DNA from: Vibrio penaeicida
GTDB lineage: Bacteria > Pseudomonadota > Gammaproteobacteria > Enterobacterales > Vibrionaceae
Assembly: GCF_002933855.1 (NCBI RefSeq)
Contig: NZ_BFAQ01000025.1
Location: forward strand, 24,009-56,008
Reading direction: 5' to 3'
Length of the DNA: 32,000 nt
Shown: positions 18,521-28,148 of the stretch, piece after piece
How the letters are laid out: each line of letters starts with the position of its first letter
Position numbering within the stretch: position 1 is the first letter of the stretch
The notes under the pieces: generated by a model
What the model was told of the DNA's origin: nothing
Databases searched by the model: none
Seen by the model: the letters and a program-made list of their open reading frames with translations, nothing else
Program-made: the position numbers and the translations under genes

Positions 18521-20065
18521 ATGAAGAAAAGCTTATACATTCCTGCTCTTTTTTCAGCACTGCTCGCTGTAGTCGGTTACATTTACTACGAATCTGAAAT
18601 AGATGAGCTTAGGCGTGACGCTGTCAATACCGTGAATGTCCGTGCGGGGCTGTTCGAACAGTATTTTAAACTGATTTCTGCACACAATACTGGTCTAAGA
18701 AATACCATGATCCATTCATACCACTTTGCTGAAGAAGGGAAGATCAACCTGCCTCAGTGGATCAACAGTATTGAATATTTCCCCGAATTCGACACCTATG
18801 GTCTCTCTGCCTTTGATCACCCTAACCAAGCATCAAAGCTTAAAGGGACGCTGACAATGCTCAGGCCCTTTAATCCCAACGATGATAAACAGCGCTTTGA
18901 AATGACAGCGGTATTGTCTTTGAATGAACAAATCAGCACGTTAGTTCGAGAATTGGGTGTCGCTATTTGGTCATACTACATTTCTGCAAACAAATACCTG
19001 TTCCTTTCCCCAGAACTTCCAGTGGCAGAATTCCAAGTCAGCGAAGCCGATTTTGAACGCCCATTTTGGTTGCAGGCGTTGCCTTCTGTAAACCCTCACG
19101 GTAGGCAGTTTGTGTCTGATTTGTATGTTGATGGTGGTGGGCAAGGGCTAATGGTGACCATCACCGACCCCATCTGGGTACACGATGAATTTATTGGTGT
19201 TGTCGCAATAGATGTAGGGATAAATAGTTTAATCGATTTGCTGCAAGTCAGCAGTTCGGTGGGTCAATCATTCTTGATTGACGAAAATCGCCAGATTGTT
19301 TCATCGATGACTGACTTTGATGTCGGAGAAAAAATCGACTTCCCTGCCCCTTCCAAAGGTATGAATTGGATCGAAGATAGTAATGGATTTTATTTGTGGC
19401 GTAAGGTTGTTCCAAATGAGCTAGAACTGGTTCACTTTGTCAGCAAAGAGCAACTTCGAGACAAAGGTATCATGCACTCTATGACTGTGTGGACGCTTTT
19501 ATTAATGGGGATGGTTCTAAGCTTTAGTGCTTATTTCCTCTATGTCGCATTTCGCCGAAATCAACGACTGATGCGGATTGATCCGCTCACAAAAATCCAG
19601 AATCGGCGTGGATTTTTCGATGAATTGAACAGTGCCTATCCAGGGTTTGTGAACAGTAAATGTGAGGTTGGCTTGCTGATCTTAGACATAGACAATTTTA
19701 AGCCCGTTAATGATACCTATGGGCACTTGGTTGGCGATGATGTGCTGATCTCCATTGTGAACCGGATCAGCAATGTACTGCCTAACATCTCATCACTGTG
19801 TCGATGGGGGGGAGAAGAGTTCATGATTTTTCATCCATCGTGCTCGGTGGAAGAATTAGAAGAACTGGCCGAAAAAATACGCCATCAAATTAAAGCCATG
19901 CCACACAGTGACCTTTCGCTTCCTATCACCGTTAGTATTGGTGGCTACTTCGGACAAACTCAATCTAATTTCAATACAATGGTTCGCCACGCAGACCGCT
20001 CGTTGTATACCTCAAAACATCAAGGGAAAGACCAAGCAACGATTCATTGCGAAAACGAAGAGTAG
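18521..20065 (+). CDS. Paralogous membrane-bound sensor diguanylate cyclase (GGDEF)
   Basis: Same architecture as the upstream gene; DPLTKIQNRRGFF, ILDIDNFKPVNDTYGHLVGDDVL, CRWGGEEFMIFH. Start chosen at ATG 18521 (MKKSLYIPALF...) because upstream codons look non-coding. Confidence 0.93.
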   Translation: MKKSLYIPALFSALLAVVGYIYYESEIDELRRDAVNTVNVRAGLFEQYFKLISAHNTGLRNTMIHSYHFAEEGKINLPQWINSIEYFPEFDTYGLSAFDHPNQASKLKGTLTMLRPFNPNDDKQRFEMTAVLSLNEQISTLVRELGVAIWSYYISANKYLFLSPELPVAEFQVSEADFERPFWLQALPSVNPHGRQFVSDLYVDGGGQGLMVTITDPIWVHDEFIGVVAIDVGINSLIDLLQVSSSVGQSFLIDENRQIVSSMTDFDVGEKIDFPAPSKGMNWIEDSNGFYLWRKVVPNELELVHFVSKEQLRDKGIMHSMTVWTLLLMGMVLSFSAYFLYVAFRRNQRLMRIDPLTKIQNRRGFFDELNSAYPGFVNSKCEVGLLILDIDNFKPVNDTYGHLVGDDVLISIVNRISNVLPNISSLCRWGGEEFMIFHPSCSVEELEELAEKIRHQIKAMPHSDLSLPITVSIGGYFGQTQSNFNTMVRHADRSLYTSKHQGKDQATIHCENEE

Positions 20066-20190
20066 TGAAAACGACGGTTAGTGACAATGAAGAGTAGCAA
20101 AGGGCTGTTGATGTATGCGGGGGAAAAATCGATATGCAAGTAGCATGACCTAAGAGCTCATCTTACACACCATGGGAACCTTGATTTATC

Positions 20191-20250
20191 TTGTGAGCCT
20201 TGGAGCTACCTTATGAACCTTGGAGTAACCTTATGAACCTTGGAGTAACC
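20191..20250 (+). repeat. Three tandem 20-bp units
   Basis: TTGTGAGCCTTGGAGCTACC, TTATGAACCTTGGAGTAACC, TTATGAACCTTGGAGTAACC; the last two are identical. Confidence 0.95.
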
Positions 20251-20469
20251 TAGGTTTAAACCCATACATTTGAAATAACAAATCCGCAACAAGAAAACGA
20301 CATTGTGAGTGACATCTCGCCTGTAGTATCCAGCTATTACCCACCACTCTAATTCATCAGCAATCCTGAATACACAAACTGAACTAAAGACCTTGTGCGT
20401 TTAATCGATCCGTCTTTTTTCAGCATAGATTTTGTGAGAATAGCTCCTACCAATTAAGAGGAAAATAAC

Positions 20470-21027
20470 ATGGCTAAGATACTTCTACTTGCAGGTGATT
20501 TCGTTGAAGACTATGAAATCATGGTCCCTTTTCAAGCTTTGCAAATGGTTGGGCACACAGTGGATGCCGTTTGTCCGGATAAAGAAGCGGGCGACACTAT
20601 CAAAACCGCTATTCACGATTTTGAAGGCGACCAAACATACACAGAAAAACCTGGGCACAACTTCGCACTAAACGCGTCTTTTGCAGCTTCCGATGCTGCC
20701 GACTACGATGCCCTTGTTATTCCAGGTGGTAGAGCGCCTGAATACTTAAGACTGAACCCAGCGGTGCTCTCGCTCATTCAAGCATTCCACCAGCAAGACA
20801 AGCCGATTGCAGCAATCTGCCACGGTGCGCAGCTTCTTACTGCGGCTAACGTTATTGAAGGTAAAGGCGTATCGGCTTACCCAGCATGTGCACCTGAAGT
20901 AACGGCAGCGGGCGGTCAATACCAAGATATCGGCATGGACGAAGCCTACACAGATGGCAAATTGGTTACAGCACCAGCATGGCCAGCACACCCTGCATGG
21001 CTTGCACAGTTAAACAAGCTTCTGTAA
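20470..21027 (+). CDS. DJ-1/PfpI-family protein
   Basis: [36 protein letters not shown] and [10 protein letters not shown] nucleophile-elbow motif. Confidence 0.92.
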   Translation: MAKILLLAGDFVEDYEIMVPFQALQMVGHTVDAVCPDKEAGDTIKTAIHDFEGDQTYTEKPGHNFALNASFAASDAADYDALVIPGGRAPEYLRLNPAVLSLIQAFHQQDKPIAAICHGAQLLTAANVIEGKGVSAYPACAPEVTAAGGQYQDIGMDEAYTDGKLVTAPAWPAHPAWLAQLNKLL

Positions 21028-21090
21028 TTCGGGGCTATTGATCTTTGCTGGTTAAGGTGATTGATTAGGATCTGTTGACCCTAGTAAGGA

Positions 21091-21354
21091 ATGACTCATT
21101 CATTGATCACCTCTATAAATTATGTGAGAACAAGTCCAGAATTTGATAAAGCGATGTTATCTCACAAAAATAACCATCAAAAAGGTGACCTACGCGTTGA
21201 TTACGCGGCGTACTTAACACTTCAAATCTACAGCCAGGCTTTATTCTGGCTGTTTTTGCTTTATCATCGGACACACAACGACAGAAATTGGCAGAAGGTC
21301 ACCTTTGCAGGAAGCTTAGGAACCGGCTTGCTTTGGGAATCTTTAAGATTCTAG
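21091..21354 (+). CDS. Small hypothetical protein
   Basis: 87 aa ORF in an otherwise unassigned gap; no recognised motif. Confidence 0.25.
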   Translation: MTHSLITSINYVRTSPEFDKAMLSHKNNHQKGDLRVDYAAYLTLQIYSQALFWLFLLYHRTHNDRNWQKVTFAGSLGTGLLWESLRF

Positions 21355-21386
21355 CTAGATAACCATCTCACAGACGGGAGACGATC

Positions 21387-21695
21387 ATGTGTGAAATATA
21401 CTCCGGAGCGGAAGAAGAACTTTTTGAATTAAAAACTCGCTCAATCCGAATTGATGGCGTAGTAACCAGTATTAGGCTTGAAGCCATTTTTTGGCAAATC
21501 ATTGAAGATATTGCCAAAAAATCCGAATTATCTATCGGGGCTTTCGTTACGCAGATTTACAAAGAAGTGTTAGAAAAACGCGGAGAAATCAAGAATTTTG
21601 CATCTTTACTCCGTGTAGCGTGTACAACTCATCTAAACAACGGGGAAAGAATGACGCTTTTCTCAAATATCGTAGCAAAAAAAGAGTTGGTGTAA
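21387..21695 (+). CDS. Ribbon-helix-helix domain-like protein
   Basis: KTRSIRIDGVVTSIRLEAIFWQIIEDIAKKSELSIGAFVTQIYKEV resembles RHH_4-type small proteins. Confidence 0.65.
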   Translation: MCEIYSGAEEELFELKTRSIRIDGVVTSIRLEAIFWQIIEDIAKKSELSIGAFVTQIYKEVLEKRGEIKNFASLLRVACTTHLNNGERMTLFSNIVAKKELV

Positions 21696-21755
21696 CTCAT
21701 CTATACTCAAACCACCTCAAGATGCTAGGTTCAGTGGTTTGAGTATAAGTCCTCT

Positions 21756-21774
21756 ATTGTTATTTTATAACAAT
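21756..21774. promoter_or_regulatory. Zur-box-like palindrome upstream of the DUF1007/NicO pair
   Basis: Perfect inverted repeat ATTGTTAT-TTT-ATAACAAT; core TGTTATTTTATAACA is close to the Zur pattern TGTTATANTATAACA. Confidence 0.6.
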
Positions 21775-21815
21775 TGTCATAGTCTTGGCTAAAATTTAAT
21801 ATAAAACCAAGTCTC

Positions 21816-22472
21816 ATGCTAAAGATGAACATCGCGCGGCAAGCGTGTAAATATGCTTGCTGCTTATTCCTGATTTTTCTCTCCACATCACTCTCGCACG
21901 CTCATCCTCACTCTTGGGTCGATATGAAAACGACCGTACTTGGCGAGGGTACAAAAATTTCCGGATTCTCCATGGAGTGGACTTTTGATGCCATGACCAC
22001 CGCTTATATGTTGGATGGTGAGGACATGTCTGATCCAGTTCGTGAACAGACACTTAAGCAACTAGCCATGTCTGTTATCGATAACATGCTCTATGAACAT
22101 TACTTCACCTATTTTTTTGAAGCCGATAAACCCATTCGCTACAAAGAAGTATTAGACGCACAGTTTACTCATCACAGAGGTAAGCTGACTCTTCACTTTA
22201 ATCTGCCATTAACTCAAGAAAAAGACACGTTAGGTAAGTCATTAAAGCTCATGATTTTTGAGCCCAGTTATTACGTTGATATGAGTTGGAAGAAAAACAA
22301 TGCAATTCAGCTAAGTGCAAATTTAGAACAGCAATGCTCGGTTGAGCTTGTCGAGCCCTCCCCTACATCGGAACAAATGGCGTATGCACTTTCGCTACCA
22401 CCTGATGCGGACCCCGATAACACGCTTGGGCAACTGTTTACCCAACACACTTACATTCGTTGTGAGGGCTAA
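21816..22472 (+). CDS. DUF1007-family secreted/periplasmic protein (metal transport accessory)
   Basis: Signal peptide followed by HAHPHSWVDMKTTVLGEGTKISGFSMEWTFD, characteristic of DUF1007. Confidence 0.88.
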   Translation: MLKMNIARQACKYACCLFLIFLSTSLSHAHPHSWVDMKTTVLGEGTKISGFSMEWTFDAMTTAYMLDGEDMSDPVREQTLKQLAMSVIDNMLYEHYFTYFFEADKPIRYKEVLDAQFTHHRGKLTLHFNLPLTQEKDTLGKSLKLMIFEPSYYVDMSWKKNNAIQLSANLEQQCSVELVEPSPTSEQMAYALSLPPDADPDNTLGQLFTQHTYIRCEG

Positions 22473-22479
22473 TCCGGTG

Positions 22480-23391
22480 ATGAATTCTACTTTTAAATCT
22501 TCTCTATCGTCTCTTAAACCTTATGCACTCGTCTTAAAACCCTACGTGAAGTGGGTTGCGTTTGGCTTGATGCTCATCGCGAGTTATCAACTGTGGCTCA
22601 GCTGGCCAAACTTGGTACTCAAAAGCATCCAAATACAAAGAGATTTCAACGGTCAACTCAGCGATCTACTTTATGATATTCAAGAAAAGCAAGAAGGCGC
22701 TTTGTGGACTTTTTCTGTCGTCAGTTTGGTGTATGGCATTCTTCACTCTTTAGGACCGGGGCACGGAAAAGTCATTGTAACAACGTACCTTGTCGCTAAG
22801 CCCACACAAGCAAAAACAAGCTTAATCATCACAATAGTGTCTTCATTACTGCAAGCCTTGGTGGCGATTGCAATGGTTTCAGTTTTGCTGTGGTTATATA
22901 AAGCCTCTATGCGTGATGTTCATGCCAAAGCTGAATCTGCGATGATGGTGAGCTACTTCTGCGTATTATTGTTCGGCGTTGTTATGATTTATCGTTCGGT
23001 CAAGAAGCTAAGAAAGCCTCATCAGTGCTGTCACCACCACGCCCCAAAATTTGCAGACAACTGGAAAGAGATCATCAGTTTAATCTTTACAATAGGTATA
23101 CGCCCCTGCACGGGGGCTATCATGATTTTACTGTTCGCAAATATGGTGGGTGTCTATTGGGTTGGGGTACTAAGTGCCCTTTTAATGGCATTCGGTACCT
23201 GCTTAACAACCTCAACGATAGCAATGATGACTTTGGGTGGGAAAAAGCTAAACGGTCGCTTATTTGGTGATAAACACCATCACCATTCCAAATCCCCCCA
23301 TTACCTAGCCTTAGCCGGTGGCATCATCCTCGGTTTGTTTGGGCTTTTATTACTTCAATCTGGGGATGTTGCGTTCAGTCGGGTAATTTAA
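22480..23391 (+). CDS. NicO/RcnA-like divalent metal transporter
   Basis: HSLGPGHGKVIVTTYL, GIRPCTGAIMILLFA, and His-rich loops CCHHHAPK and DKHHHHSK; true start near 22477/22480, after the DUF1007 stop. Confidence 0.88.
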   Translation: MNSTFKSSLSSLKPYALVLKPYVKWVAFGLMLIASYQLWLSWPNLVLKSIQIQRDFNGQLSDLLYDIQEKQEGALWTFSVVSLVYGILHSLGPGHGKVIVTTYLVAKPTQAKTSLIITIVSSLLQALVAIAMVSVLLWLYKASMRDVHAKAESAMMVSYFCVLLFGVVMIYRSVKKLRKPHQCCHHHAPKFADNWKEIISLIFTIGIRPCTGAIMILLFANMVGVYWVGVLSALLMAFGTCLTTSTIAMMTLGGKKLNGRLFGDKHHHHSKSPHYLALAGGIILGLFGLLLLQSGDVAFSRVI

Positions 23392-23411
23392 GCCCTAGAA
23401 AGAAAAAGCGT

Positions 23412-23442
23412 AAAAAAGGGAATCATCGCATTTCCCTTTTTT
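23412..23442 (+). terminator. Rho-independent terminator after the NicO-like gene
   Basis: AAAAAAGGGAA (23412..23422)/TTCCCTTTTTT (23432..23442), perfect 11-bp arms ending in T6. Confidence 0.8.
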
Positions 23443-23624
23443 GCCAATACTCCCCAAAAACTGCGTAATGGGAGTAGCCCTCATTACCAAGCCAGCGCTA
23501 AGCCCAGTATCAATCAGCGAGCCTTGCCACAAATAAAATGAACCCACACAAAGTTAAACGCCGTACGGTCTCCTTTTTGTAGTACATTCCGCTTTTCCCT
23601 CAGAGATTTTCTTCAAGGAAGACC

Positions 23625-25784
23625 ATGAAAAATAAGGCGTTCGCAATTGCGGCAGCTGTTGCTATCACTGGCTGTAGTTTGCCAGTTGAACCAGAGAATG
23701 ATACTCCAAAGCAGTTTGCTCAACACATCAAAAACATTGCCATTGAATACCCTGCCACCAAGCAAGTGAATGTGGTTGATGACTATTTTGGCGTAAAAAT
23801 AAGCGACCCGTATCGTTGGTTGGAAGATGATCAAAGCAACGAAACCGCCGAATGGGTAAAATCTCAAAATCAGGTAACGTTCGACTATCTAGAGCAGATT
23901 CCATATCGGCAAAAAATTGAAGATCGCCTCACAGAACTGATGGACTATGAGAAAGTCGGCAAACCCTTTAAAGAAGGGGAATACACGTATTTCTATAAAA
24001 ATGATGGGTTGCAAAATCAATTTGTTCTCTATCGACAAGTTGACGATAACGAACCAGAAGTATTCATCGACCCGAACACCTTCAGTGACGACGGCACCAC
24101 ATCAATGGCTGGAATCAGCTTCTCTGCAGATGGCTCCCTTGTCGCTTACCAAATTTCCGAAGGTGGCAGCGACTGGCGCAAAGTGATCGTACTGAATACC
24201 GAAACCAAAGAAAAAGTAGGCGAAACGCTCATTGATGTGAAATTCAGCGGTGTGTCTTGGTTGGGCAACGAAGGATTTTATTACTCTAGCTACGATAAAC
24301 CGAAAGGCAGTGAGCTTTCTGCTAAGACGGACCAACATAAGCTTTATTTCCACAAGCTTGGCACCAAACAGAATGAAGATTCGCTGATCTTTGGTGGCAC
24401 CGACGCTGAAAAGCATCGCTATGTTTACGGCTACACGACTGAAGACGACCGTTATCTTGTTATTTCGGCCAGTGTTTCAACCTCTGGCAATAAGTTGTTC
24501 TTAAAGGATCTGTCTAAACCAGATGCTTCCTTAATGCCAATTATGGAAAACGCCGAATCAGATACCTACGTGATTCACAGCGAAGGCAATAAGCTGTATT
24601 TGGTCACAAACCTGAATGCACCTAACAAGCGCGTTGTTACCGTGAATGCAGAAGCGCCCCAGCCACAGAATTGGCAAGATGTGATCCCAGAGACTAAGAA
24701 TGTCCTTCGTGTTTCAACTGCTGGTGATGCGTTATTTGCGAGCTACATTGCGGACGCGGTATCTAAGGTGAAGCAATACGATATGCAGGGCAAACTCATC
24801 CGTGAGATAGAGCTACCAGGTGTGGGAAGCGCAAGTGGGTTTTCTGGTGAAAAAGATGCGACAGAGGTGTATTACACCTTCACCAACTACAAAACACCCG
24901 GATCCATTTACTCGTTGAACATTGAATCCGGCGAAAGCACGCTTTATCGCCGCTCGACCGCTCCGTTCAAATCGGATGAATACGAATCGCGTCAGGTTTT
25001 TTATTCATCGAAAGACGGAACTCAGGTTCCAATGATCATCACTTACAAAAAAGACACGCCCATGGATGGCACAGCTCCGACTATCCTTTATGGCTATGGT
25101 GGCTTTAACGTGAGTTTAACACCTAGGTTCAGCCCTGCTCGTGCCGCTTGGCTAGAGATGGGAGGCGTGTACGCAGTCGCTAATATTCGTGGTGGCGGCG
25201 AATACGGGAAAGAGTGGCACAAAGCCGGAACGCAATTACAAAAGCAAAATGTATTTGACGACTTTATCGCAGCAGCCGAGTACCTCATTGAGGAAGACTA
25301 CACATCACGCAACAAACTGGCGGTAAACGGTGGCTCGAATGGAGGCCTGTTAGTGGGTGCGGTGATGACACAACGACCAGAGCTGTTCCAAGTTGCACTG
25401 CCTGCCGTTGGGGTTTTAGATATGTTGCGTTACCACACCTTCACCGCAGGCGCTGGCTGGGCATACGACTACGGCACAGCAGACCAAAGTGAAGAAATGT
25501 TCCAGTACTTGGAAGCATACTCACCTGTTCACAATGTGAAACCCGGTACTGAGTACCCAGCAACTATGGTAACGACTGGCGATCACGACGACCGAGTAGT
25601 GCCTGCACATTCCTATAAGTTCGCTGCAGAACTTCAGTCTAAGCAAGCAGGTAACAACCCTACGTTAATCCGAGTAGAGACAAACGCAGGTCATGGTGCA
25701 GGCACACCTACGAGTAAAGTCATTGAGCAATATGCCGATGTTTACAGCTTTACCCTATTTAATATGGGCGTAAAAACTCTATAA
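23625..25784 (+). CDS. Prolyl oligopeptidase family (S9) serine peptidase, predicted lipoprotein
   Basis: Lipobox AITGC; [28 protein letters not shown]; GGSNGG nucleophile, GDHDDRV and NAGHGAG catalytic Asp/His regions. Confidence 0.95.
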   Translation: MKNKAFAIAAAVAITGCSLPVEPENDTPKQFAQHIKNIAIEYPATKQVNVVDDYFGVKISDPYRWLEDDQSNETAEWVKSQNQVTFDYLEQIPYRQKIEDRLTELMDYEKVGKPFKEGEYTYFYKNDGLQNQFVLYRQVDDNEPEVFIDPNTFSDDGTTSMAGISFSADGSLVAYQISEGGSDWRKVIVLNTETKEKVGETLIDVKFSGVSWLGNEGFYYSSYDKPKGSELSAKTDQHKLYFHKLGTKQNEDSLIFGGTDAEKHRYVYGYTTEDDRYLVISASVSTSGNKLFLKDLSKPDASLMPIMENAESDTYVIHSEGNKLYLVTNLNAPNKRVVTVNAEAPQPQNWQDVIPETKNVLRVSTAGDALFASYIADAVSKVKQYDMQGKLIREIELPGVGSASGFSGEKDATEVYYTFTNYKTPGSIYSLNIESGESTLYRRSTAPFKSDEYESRQVFYSSKDGTQVPMIITYKKDTPMDGTAPTILYGYGGFNVSLTPRFSPARAAWLEMGGVYAVANIRGGGEYGKEWHKAGTQLQKQNVFDDFIAAAEYLIEEDYTSRNKLAVNGGSNGGLLVGAVMTQRPELFQVALPAVGVLDMLRYHTFTAGAGWAYDYGTADQSEEMFQYLEAYSPVHNVKPGTEYPATMVTTGDHDDRVVPAHSYKFAAELQSKQAGNNPTLIRVETNAGHGAGTPTSKVIEQYADVYSFTLFNMGVKTL

Positions 25785-25797
25785 GCAAAAAGCCATT

Positions 25798-25837
25798 AAG
25801 CCGCCAATTTTTATTCATATTGGCGGCTTCACTTTTT
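25798..25837 (+). terminator. Terminator-like hairpin after the peptidase gene
   Basis: AAGCCGCCAAT (25798..25808)/ATTGGCGGCTT (25819..25829) followed by CACTTTTT. Confidence 0.65.
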
Positions 25838-26058
25838 CTAGGCTTACTCTTCACACTCTTTGTCTATTCTGAAGAAACAGAAATGCGGTGCTTGAGCTAA
25901 ATAATCGGAACTCAGATTAAATAGACTCGCGTTCGGGTTTAACGATTGATTCTTGTTGCGAACATTAACGCTGTAAAATATTTAAAGAACTGATTTTTAC
26001 CCTTATAATGCGCGGCTAAATTTTTAGCCTCATAAGAAAACCAACAGAAGGATACACA

Positions 26059-27357
26059 ATGAAGTTACGTGCTTGCGCCGCGTTTGTAATTGGCGCACTA
26101 GGTACAGCGACACCTGCTATCGCAGCGTCCGAAATAACGGATATTCGTTCAGATTCCACAGTGGAAACAGGCGATATGCTGCAACTTGTGATCCCTCTCA
26201 GCGGCTATATGGCAGCATGGATGCATGACGATTGGGAAGGGGCAAAACAATTGACCTATTCCGTTTTGGCTTCACAAATCATTGTCGACACCACCAAAAA
26301 AATCGTTGGCAGACAAAGACCTAGTGGCACTAGCCCTCGTTCTTATCCTTCTGGCCATGCGGCTGCGGGTTTCTCTGGTGCGCACTTTTTGCAAATGCGA
26401 TACGGTGCAGAGTGGGGTGTACCTGCCTATGCGGCGGCTTCGTACGTCGCGTACAGCCGAGTTCATGGTAAACGTCATTTTGTGAGTGACGTAACGGCAA
26501 GCGCGGGTATCTCCTTCTTAGTTAACCAATACTTTGTTTCCCCATATGCCAATGACGGGGTATACCTAAATGCTCAACAAACCGAAGACGGTATGTCACT
26601 GAATGTCACCATAACAGAAGCGGCATTTAACCAAGAGCGCAGCTCAAAAGATCGTATTCAAACAGTGGTAACACCACTCAAAAACAAAATTGAAGTCGGG
26701 CTGGGTTCTCATCTGAGTTTCTTCACTGAAGACCTGATCATGAACCAGAACTTTAGCGATGTAACTCAAGTCGATAAGCTTCAACCTTATACTCGCATTA
26801 CCTACTCACGCGAATTGGCAAACAGCAACGCGCTGGATTTCGAGTTTATTCCAACAGAACTGCGCGTTACGGGCAAAGCGAAACAAGATTTCAGCTACCA
26901 AGGTAAAGGCTACGCGAAAGGCGAGTCTTTGGTGAGTGAGTACCGACACTACATGCTTGGCGGTAATGTATACAAAGGGTATACGCCTCTAGAAAACTTT
27001 GAAGTGAAATTTGGTTTAGGCGTTTATGCCCACCAATTTGGATACCAAGTCGCCAACGCAGATAGCCTAGGGCAACATGCAAAACGTGAGTACCTTCGAA
27101 TTCTTCCTGCTATGACAGCCAGAGCAACCTACACACTATGGGACAGCGTTGCAGTAACAGGTGAATATCGTTTCCAAAGCTGGGAAAAGAACAGCCACAA
27201 CACGGCAAAACTTGGGGTTAATTATCAAATCAACCGTGCATGGGATGTAGGCCTGAACTACTTAACCTCATCCACCAACCTTCCAGCAAGTGTAGAATTT
27301 GATGAAGTGGGCTACGACAACAGCTCGGTAGAACTTCTGTTTTCAAACCGCTTCTAG
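26059..27357 (+). CDS. PAP2-family phosphatase with C-terminal outer-membrane-barrel-like domain
   Basis: Signal peptide; KKIVGRQRP, PSGH and SRVHGKRHFVSD PAP2 motifs; then alternating beta-strand-like sequence ending in Phe (VELLFSNRF). Confidence 0.88.
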   Translation: MKLRACAAFVIGALGTATPAIAASEITDIRSDSTVETGDMLQLVIPLSGYMAAWMHDDWEGAKQLTYSVLASQIIVDTTKKIVGRQRPSGTSPRSYPSGHAAAGFSGAHFLQMRYGAEWGVPAYAAASYVAYSRVHGKRHFVSDVTASAGISFLVNQYFVSPYANDGVYLNAQQTEDGMSLNVTITEAAFNQERSSKDRIQTVVTPLKNKIEVGLGSHLSFFTEDLIMNQNFSDVTQVDKLQPYTRITYSRELANSNALDFEFIPTELRVTGKAKQDFSYQGKGYAKGESLVSEYRHYMLGGNVYKGYTPLENFEVKFGLGVYAHQFGYQVANADSLGQHAKREYLRILPAMTARATYTLWDSVAVTGEYRFQSWEKNSHNTAKLGVNYQINRAWDVGLNYLTSSTNLPASVEFDEVGYDNSSVELLFSNRF

Positions 27358-27392
27358 AGCTTCCCATTCACCGAGGTTTAAGCCTGACACCC

Positions 27393-27420
27393 AAAGCTCC
27401 GATATTCTCGGAGCTTTTTT
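27393..27420 (+). terminator. Rho-independent terminator
   Basis: AAAGCTCCGA (27393..27402)/TCGGAGCTTT (27408..27417), 10-bp arms, with T-run. Confidence 0.85.
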
Positions 27421-27509
27421 ATACTCAAGCTACCTCATGGTACTTGGATACAATTGATCATCCGCCAAATTCTTTCGTACAATTAAAAAAATTTGGCAAT
27501 GAGAATATT

Positions 27510-27899
27510 ATGGCACTCACTATTTTCTACGATGGAACATGCCCTTTATGCAAAGCAGAAATGGATCAGCTTAAGCGTTTTGATTTGCATCAGCGTCTTG
27601 TTTTAGAAGATCTTTATCAACCCGACTTCTCACATAAATACCCAAATATCAGTGTTACTGATGCAAATCGGATTCTTCACGCACTAGACGATAATAACCA
27701 ACTGCTATTAGGGCTTGATGTTACTCAAGCTGCTTGGAACGCTGTAGGCAAAAAGCCATGGGTGAATTGGTTAAGAAAACCGTATATCCGTCCAGTTGCC
27801 GATTGGGTTTACCTTAGGTTTGCCAAGCATCGGTACACCATTTCGTGGTTGCTTACAGGTAAGAGACGCAGCGATTGCGATCAGTGTCGGCTTCCCTGA
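27510..27899 (+). CDS. DCC-family (DUF393) thiol-disulfide oxidoreductase-like protein
   Basis: MALTIFYDGTCPLCKAEMDQLKRFD with CxxC motif and RPVADWVYLRFAKHRYTISWLL; start set at 27510. Confidence 0.88.
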   Translation: MALTIFYDGTCPLCKAEMDQLKRFDLHQRLVLEDLYQPDFSHKYPNISVTDANRILHALDDNNQLLLGLDVTQAAWNAVGKKPWVNWLRKPYIRPVADWVYLRFAKHRYTISWLLTGKRRSDCDQCRLP

Positions 27900-28148
27900 T
27901 CTGAGTATACTGTAATAAAATAAACTTTGACCCAGTTATCAGTTTTGTATATCTCGCTACTTACACGCAACATTATTGTTACAATACTCCACCTTAAAAC
28001 CTATTTGCCGCCATTTAAACTGAATAATTAAGAATAAACATTGAATAGTATTGCAGGAATATCAGAAAGCAGTTATTCTTCGCAACAATGAATGAATACT
28101 AATGTTTAGTGAATAATTATTTACTAGCGGTAACAAGAGTATAAAAAG

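Noticed and set aside
20191-20250. CRISPR-like array
   Set aside because: Directly abutting 20-bp repeats with no spacers and no cas genes nearby.
22342-22479. N-terminal extension of the NicO-like ORF in the track
   Set aside because: It overlaps the DUF1007 coding region and the translation has no transporter features; the GTG/ATG at 22477/22480 is a better start.
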